In this document: positions 59,404-64,000 of the stretch, in pieces
How positions within the stretch are numbered: the stretch's first letter is position 1
Layout: every line of letters begins with the position of its first letter
Assembly (NCBI GenBank): GCA_016868875.1
Contig: VGFN01000001.1
Coordinates: 3,150 to 67,149, forward strand
Reading direction: 5' to 3'
Length of the DNA: 64,000 bases
Source of the DNA: Bacteroidota bacterium
GTDB taxonomy: Bacteria; Bacteroidota; Bacteroidia; UBA7662
The notes under the pieces: generated by a model
Databases searched by the model: none
Seen by the model: only the letters and a program-made list of their open reading frames with translations
What the model was told of the DNA's origin: nothing
Position numbers and translations under genes: made by a program

Positions 59404-61763
59404 ATCCAAAAATAAACAAAGTAGCGGTCCTGGGCTCAGGCATCATGGGCTCCCGCTTGGCTTGTCATTTTGCCAATTGCGGTTTGGAGGTTCTGCTCCT
59501 GGATATGCCGGACCCCTGCGACAGCAGCAAACCCAACAATTTGGTCGACAAGGCTTTGGCCGAAGCGGTGGCCTCCAAGCCCTCCCCCCTCTACCTGGAC
59601 CGCTTGGCTGGCAAAATCCAAACCGGTAATTTTAGCGATGACCTCCCCAAAGTAGCCGATTGCGATTGGATCATCGAAGCGATTGTGGAACAATTGGAGC
59701 CTAAGCAGGATTTGTACCGGCGCTTGGAGGAACACCGTAAACCCGGCTCTCTGGTCAGTACCAATACCTCGGGTATTCCCGTTGCTGATTTGTGCCAAGG
59801 ACGTTCCGACGATTTTCAGAAAAATTTCTGCGGAACCCATTTTTTTAATCCGCCCCGTTACCTGCAACTCCTGGAAATCATTCCAGGCCCCAAGACCGAA
59901 GCGGCTTGGATTCCTTTTCTCTTGCAATTTGGTCGCCAAAGGTTGGGCAAAGTTGCCGTTCAAGCCAAGGACAGTCCGGCGTTTATTGCCAATCGAATTG
60001 GTGTTTTTGGTATCATGACCCTGCTTCACAGCATGGCGAAATTAGACTTGGATATAACCGCTGTGGATCAACTCACCGGCCCCTTAATCGGGCGTCCCAA
60101 GTCCGCAACATTTCGTACCTGCGATGTGGTGGGTTTGGATACCTTGGTCAAGGTGGCCCAAGGGGTGCACCAACGTTGCCCAGACGACGAATACCACGAC
60201 CTCTTTGCGATACCGGATTTCCTTCAAAAAATGTTATCGGAAGGTCGGCTCGGTGACAAAACCAAACAGGGCTTTTACCGAAAAACCAAAGACGCCAGCG
60301 GCGACAAAAAGATTGAGGCCCTGGACCTTCGAACGGGAGAATACGGCGTACAAAGCAAAACCAAATTCCCGCTCTTGGACCCCATCAAACAAGAGAGTGA
60401 TTTACGAAAGCGCATCAAAGCCTTGATCCAAATGCCCGACAAGGGTGGTGAATTTTTGCGACAGAGTTTTGCCCGTAACCTTCGGTATGCCTCCTTACGC
60501 ATCCCGGAAATTTGCGAAACCCCTTACGAGATGGACGAGGCGATGGAGGCTGGTTTTGGCTGGGAACTAGGTCCTTACGCCCTTTGGGACGCTATAGGCG
60601 TTCGAGAAATGGGTCAGTTGATGACCCTGTACGGCGAAGCCCCCGTGTCTTGGGTGCAATCCATGTTGGATGCCGGCTTCGACTCCTTTTTCGAAAACAG
60701 AGAAGGAGAACTCTGGTGTTATCATCCGGGCCAAGGTTGTCGAGTCAAGGTACCTCACCGTGATCGCACCGTGGATTTGTATCTGCTCAAGCCCACCCGA
60801 TTGGTCTGGTCCAACAGTGGATGCAGCCTCATCGACTTAGGTCAAGGCGTCCTCAATATGGAGTTTCATACCAAAATGAACGCCATTGGTGGCGAAGTAA
60901 TCGCCGGTTTTCGCAAAGGTGTTGAATTGGCCGAAAAAGATTTTGCCGGTTTGGTCGTATCCAACCATTCGTCGGTTTTCTCGGCAGGTGCCAACCTGGG
61001 TATGGTTTTTATGCTTGCCGCCGAACAAGAATACGAAGAGCTGGACATGGCCGTACGGGCTTTTCAATCCTTTACGATGCTCGCCCGTTTATCCAAGGTG
61101 CCGGTTATTGTGGCCCCCAAAGGCTTAACCCTGGGCGGTGGATGCGAATTGTCCATGCATGCCGACGGAATCCAAGCCGCTGCTGAAACCTATGTCGGTT
61201 TGGTGGAGGTCGGGGTCGGGGTCATCCCTGGAGGCGGCGGTACCAAAGAATTTGCAGTTCGTCTCTCCGATCGTTACCGTCAAGGCGATGTGGAATACAA
61301 TGCCCTCAGCCAAGTCTACATGAATATCGCCACGGCCAAGGTCGCTACATCGGCCATGGAAGCCAAGGCCATGGGGATTTTCCGGGATAGCGATCGTGTT
61401 TCGCTGTTTGAAGCAAACCGCATCGCCCAAGCCCGGGATTGGGTTTTGGAACTGGCCCAAGCCGGTTATACCCCACCCACCCAACGCTGGGACGTCCGTG
61501 TTCCCGGCAAAGCCGGCATGGCACTCTTGTTAGCTGGCGTTAACGGCATGCACATGGGGCAATACATATCGGACCATGATCGACTGATCGCCAACAAGTT
61601 AGCCTATGTGCTTTGTGGAGGGGATTTGTCGTATCCCCAGCTTGTTTCGGAACAGTATTTATTGGACTTGGAGCGCGAGGCCTTTCTCTCTTTGTGTGGT
61701 GAGCGAAAGACTTTGGAACGCATCCAACACATGCTCAAAACCGGCAAAGCCCTGCGCAACTAA
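59400..61763 (+). CDS. 3-hydroxyacyl-CoA dehydrogenase / enoyl-CoA hydratase bifunctional protein (N-terminal HCDH, C-terminal crotonase)
   Basis: Rossmann KVAVLGSGIMGSRLA at the N-terminus. The C-terminal half carries the crotonase fold. The start is placed at the ATG at 59400 (MNPKINKVAVLG) rather than the track's 59319. Confidence 0.9.
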   Translation: MNPKINKVAVLGSGIMGSRLACHFANCGLEVLLLDMPDPCDSSKPNNLVDKALAEAVASKPSPLYLDRLAGKIQTGNFSDDLPKVADCDWIIEAIVEQLEPKQDLYRRLEEHRKPGSLVSTNTSGIPVADLCQGRSDDFQKNFCGTHFFNPPRYLQLLEIIPGPKTEAAWIPFLLQFGRQRLGKVAVQAKDSPAFIANRIGVFGIMTLLHSMAKLDLDITAVDQLTGPLIGRPKSATFRTCDVVGLDTLVKVAQGVHQRCPDDEYHDLFAIPDFLQKMLSEGRLGDKTKQGFYRKTKDASGDKKIEALDLRTGEYGVQSKTKFPLLDPIKQESDLRKRIKALIQMPDKGGEFLRQSFARNLRYASLRIPEICETPYEMDEAMEAGFGWELGPYALWDAIGVREMGQLMTLYGEAPVSWVQSMLDAGFDSFFENREGELWCYHPGQGCRVKVPHRDRTVDLYLLKPTRLVWSNSGCSLIDLGQGVLNMEFHTKMNAIGGEVIAGFRKGVELAEKDFAGLVVSNHSSVFSAGANLGMVFMLAAEQEYEELDMAVRAFQSFTMLARLSKVPVIVAPKGLTLGGGCELSMHADGIQAAAETYVGLVEVGVGVIPGGGGTKEFAVRLSDRYRQGDVEYNALSQVYMNIATAKVATSAMEAKAMGIFRDSDRVSLFEANRIAQARDWVLELAQAGYTPPTQRWDVRVPGKAGMALLLAGVNGMHMGQYISDHDRLIANKLAYVLCGGDLSYPQLVSEQYLLDLEREAFLSLCGERKTLERIQHMLKTGKALRN

Positions 61764-61783
61764 AGGACCCCACCCCCTAGCCT

Positions 61784-62962
61784 ATGAACGCCTACCTTAT
61801 TGCCGGACTTCGTTCGGCCGTTACCAAAGCCCCCAAAGGCGGATTTCGATTCACGCGACCCGACGATCTGGCCGCCGAAGTGATTCGACAGGTCCTGGCC
61901 ACTTTGCCTCAATTGGATCCCCACCGCATCGATGAATTAATCGTCGGAAATGCCGTGCCTGAAGCCGAACAAGGCATGCAAATGGGGCGCATCGTTTCGT
62001 TGCTGGCCCTGCCCAAGGAAGTACCCGGTATGGTCGTTAACCGTTACTGCGGTTCAGGTCTTGAAAGCATTGCCATTGCCGCCCAACGAATTCAAAGCGG
62101 GATGGCCGATTTGATTTTGGCCGGCGGAACCGAGTCCATGTCCATGGTACCGGTCATGGGTTGGAAAACAGCGCTGAACTATTCCATCGCCAGCACCCAC
62201 GGAGATTATTATACTTCCATGGGCCTGACCGCCGAAATGGTGGCCCGCGAATACCAAATTTCCAGGGATGACCAGGATGCCTTTGCCTTGGCATCCCATA
62301 CTAAAGCGATTGCGGCTTTGGATAACGGCCGATTCAAAGCTCAAATTGCCCCGGTGGTGGTGGATGAGGTTTATGTGGATGAGCGGATGAAAAAACAAAA
62401 ACGAAGCCACACCATCGATACCGATGAAGGACCCCGCCGGGATACTTCGTTGGAGGCCTTGGGCAAACTCAAACCCGTCTTTGCCCAAGGGGGTACCGTC
62501 ACCGCCGGGAATTCATCCCAAACTTCCGATGGAGCCGCTTTTGTCCTGGTCGCCTCCGAAAAAATGGTGCGTGAATTGGGAGTAGAGCCGTTAGGACGCA
62601 TGCTGTCCTATGCAACTAGGGGTGTAGAACCCCGTATGATGGGTATTGGACCGGTGGCGGCGGTTCCTTTGGCTTTGGCTAAGGCCGGCCTACGTCTCCA
62701 AGACCTGGATCAAATCGAACTCAACGAAGCCTTTGCGGCCCAATCCCTGGCCGTCATTCGTCAACTGGACCTAAACCCCGAGCGTGTCAATCTCAACGGT
62801 GGCGCCATAGCGCTGGGCCATCCTTTGGGTTGCTCCGGCGCCAAACTTAGCTTGCAACTCCTCCACGAAATGCGTCAACGAGGACAACGTTACGGCATGG
62901 TCACCGCCTGTGTTGGTGGTGGACAAGGGGTTGCAGGGATTTTTGAAACCTTTTCTTCCTAA
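61784..62962 (+). CDS. fadA: acetyl-CoA C-acyltransferase (thiolase)
   Basis: Active-site Cys region [12 protein letters not shown] and C-terminal [11 protein letters not shown] / CVGGGQG motifs. Confidence 0.9.
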   Translation: MNAYLIAGLRSAVTKAPKGGFRFTRPDDLAAEVIRQVLATLPQLDPHRIDELIVGNAVPEAEQGMQMGRIVSLLALPKEVPGMVVNRYCGSGLESIAIAAQRIQSGMADLILAGGTESMSMVPVMGWKTALNYSIASTHGDYYTSMGLTAEMVAREYQISRDDQDAFALASHTKAIAALDNGRFKAQIAPVVVDEVYVDERMKKQKRSHTIDTDEGPRRDTSLEALGKLKPVFAQGGTVTAGNSSQTSDGAAFVLVASEKMVRELGVEPLGRMLSYATRGVEPRMMGIGPVAAVPLALAKAGLRLQDLDQIELNEAFAAQSLAVIRQLDLNPERVNLNGGAIALGHPLGCSGAKLSLQLLHEMRQRGQRYGMVTACVGGGQGVAGIFETFSS

Positions 62963-62973
62963 AACCTATTGTT

Positions 62974-64000
62974 ATGGATTCCAAATCGTACCGTCGCGGT
63001 GGACACTTTCTCGTCTACGATCCTGTTCCCGATGAAATTTTTGTACGCGAAGATTTTGGCGAGGAACAAAAAATGATGTTTCAGGCCGCTACCGACTTTA
63101 TGAAAACCGAAGTTGAGCCACATTTGCACCGTTTCGAACAGGGCGATTACCCTTTGGTCGAAGACCTTATGCGCAAAGCCGGCCAATTGGGTCTACTAGG
63201 CCTTTCGGTGCCCGAGGCCTACGGCGGCTTGGGCATGGGATTTAATGTGTCCATGCTGATTTGCGAAGAAATTTCCAGCATGACCGGGTCCTTGGCGACC
63301 GCATTTGGTGCCCATACCGGTATAGGGACCTTACCCATCCAGTATTACGGATCAGCAGCCATCAAAGAACGATTTTTGAGAAAGATTGCATCGGGGGAAT
63401 GGATCTCGTGTTACAACCTCACCGAGCCGGGTGCGGGTTCCGACGCCAATTCTGGAAAAACGACGGCCGTACTTACGGCGGATGGACAATATTACGAAAT
63501 CACGGGCCAAAAAATATGGATTTCGAATGCCGGATTTGCACAGGTCTTTATTGTTTTTGCCCGTATCGAAAACGACAAAAACATATCCTGTTTAGTCTTT
63601 CACCGGGATGATGTGCAGGGCTTGACGATGAATGCCGAGGAACACAAAATGGGCATCAAATCCTCATCAACCCGTCAGGTTTTTTACGATAAAGTCCAAG
63701 TCCCTGTGGATTCCATGTTGGGGCAGCGTGGGGACGGTTTCAAAATCGCCGTCAATGTGCTGAATGCTGGGCGTATCAAATTAGCGGCCGCCACCAACGG
63801 TGCTGCCTTCAAGGTGATTGGCTTGATGAGTCGCTATGCGAATGAGCGGCATCAATTTGGCAAGCCTATTGGTGCTTTCGGCGCCATCCAAGAAAAAATA
63901 GCCCGTTGTTCCGCACTGGTTTATGCGACCGATGCTGCCTTGTACCGGGCAGGGGATGCAATCGAAAAACTCCAAAATGCCCTTATGGCGGAAGGCAAAG
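62974..64000 (+). CDS. acyl-CoA dehydrogenase (partial; runs off the window end)
   Basis: ACAD N- and middle-domain motifs GLLGLSVPEAYGG and ...ISCYNLTEPGAGSDA...ITGQKIWISNA. There is no stop before position 64000. Confidence 0.9.
   Translation, partial: MDSKSYRRGGHFLVYDPVPDEIFVREDFGEEQKMMFQAATDFMKTEVEPHLHRFEQGDYPLVEDLMRKAGQLGLLGLSVPEAYGGLGMGFNVSMLICEEISSMTGSLATAFGAHTGIGTLPIQYYGSAAIKERFLRKIASGEWISCYNLTEPGAGSDANSGKTTAVLTADGQYYEITGQKIWISNAGFAQVFIVFARIENDKNISCLVFHRDDVQGLTMNAEEHKMGIKSSSTRQVFYDKVQVPVDSMLGQRGDGFKIAVNVLNAGRIKLAAATNGAAFKVIGLMSRYANERHQFGKPIGAFGAIQEKIARCSALVYATDAALYRAGDAIEKLQNALMAEGK

Overview
This is a densely packed 64 kb chromosomal segment that reads like Bacteroidota core genome, and I did not find a convincing novel multi-gene system in it.

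The phylum call rests on T9SS C-terminal sorting domains, DUF4294/DUF349/NamZ/OmpH proteins, a three-subunit sdhCAB of the Bacteroidetes type, and a sigma-54 activator-lptE-secG-groESL block. GC looks moderately high, roughly mid-50s % by eye; I did not compute it. About 54 protein-coding genes tile the window on both strands with very short intergenic gaps and frequent 1-30 bp overlaps. I found no rRNA, tRNA, CRISPR array, transposase/integrase, phage genes or large DNA repeats.

Functional blocks, left to right:
- 1-7.1 kb: a partial FAD oxidoreductase, an unknown polytopic membrane protein, OmpH/Skp, a propionyl-CoA-carboxylase-type carboxyltransferase, and a PaaN-like aldehyde dehydrogenase paired with a PaaE-like reductase.
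- 7.1-11.7 kb: a polyamine operon (agmatinase, carboxy(nor)spermidine dehydrogenase and decarboxylase) plus ychF.
- 11.8-18.4 kb: an outer-membrane beta-barrel protein, an ABC exporter, NADP-isocitrate dehydrogenase, a YhhQ-type transporter, an Fe-alcohol dehydrogenase and HMG-CoA lyase.
- 18.5-23.1 kb: a DUF349 repeat protein, an RluA pseudouridine synthase and a histidine kinase/OmpR-type two-component pair.
- 23.1-34 kb: gatB, alaS, an M23 peptidase, a MerR regulator, fbp, a class-IV aminotransferase-like protein, fmt, NamZ-like and a LolE-like permease.
- 34-46.2 kb: smc, BshB1-like, DUF4294, purB, an orphan hypothetical, ribE and sdhCAB.
- 46.2-53.7 kb: groESL, secG, a hypothetical, LptE-like, a sensor-less sigma-54 activator, a SAM methyltransferase and miaB.
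- 53.9-57 kb: two tandem paralogous T9SS-secreted proteins with a thioredoxin-like SCxPC domain.
- 57-64 kb: a beta-oxidation cluster (acyl-CoA ligase, MarR, HCDH/ECH fusion, thiolase, acyl-CoA dehydrogenase).

The most noteworthy items are modest: the T9SS thioredoxin-like paralog pair, an unrecognisable 325-aa protein wedged between purB and ribE, three 21-bp-phased repeats upstream of groES, and a tandem palindromic candidate operator upstream of the MarR gene.
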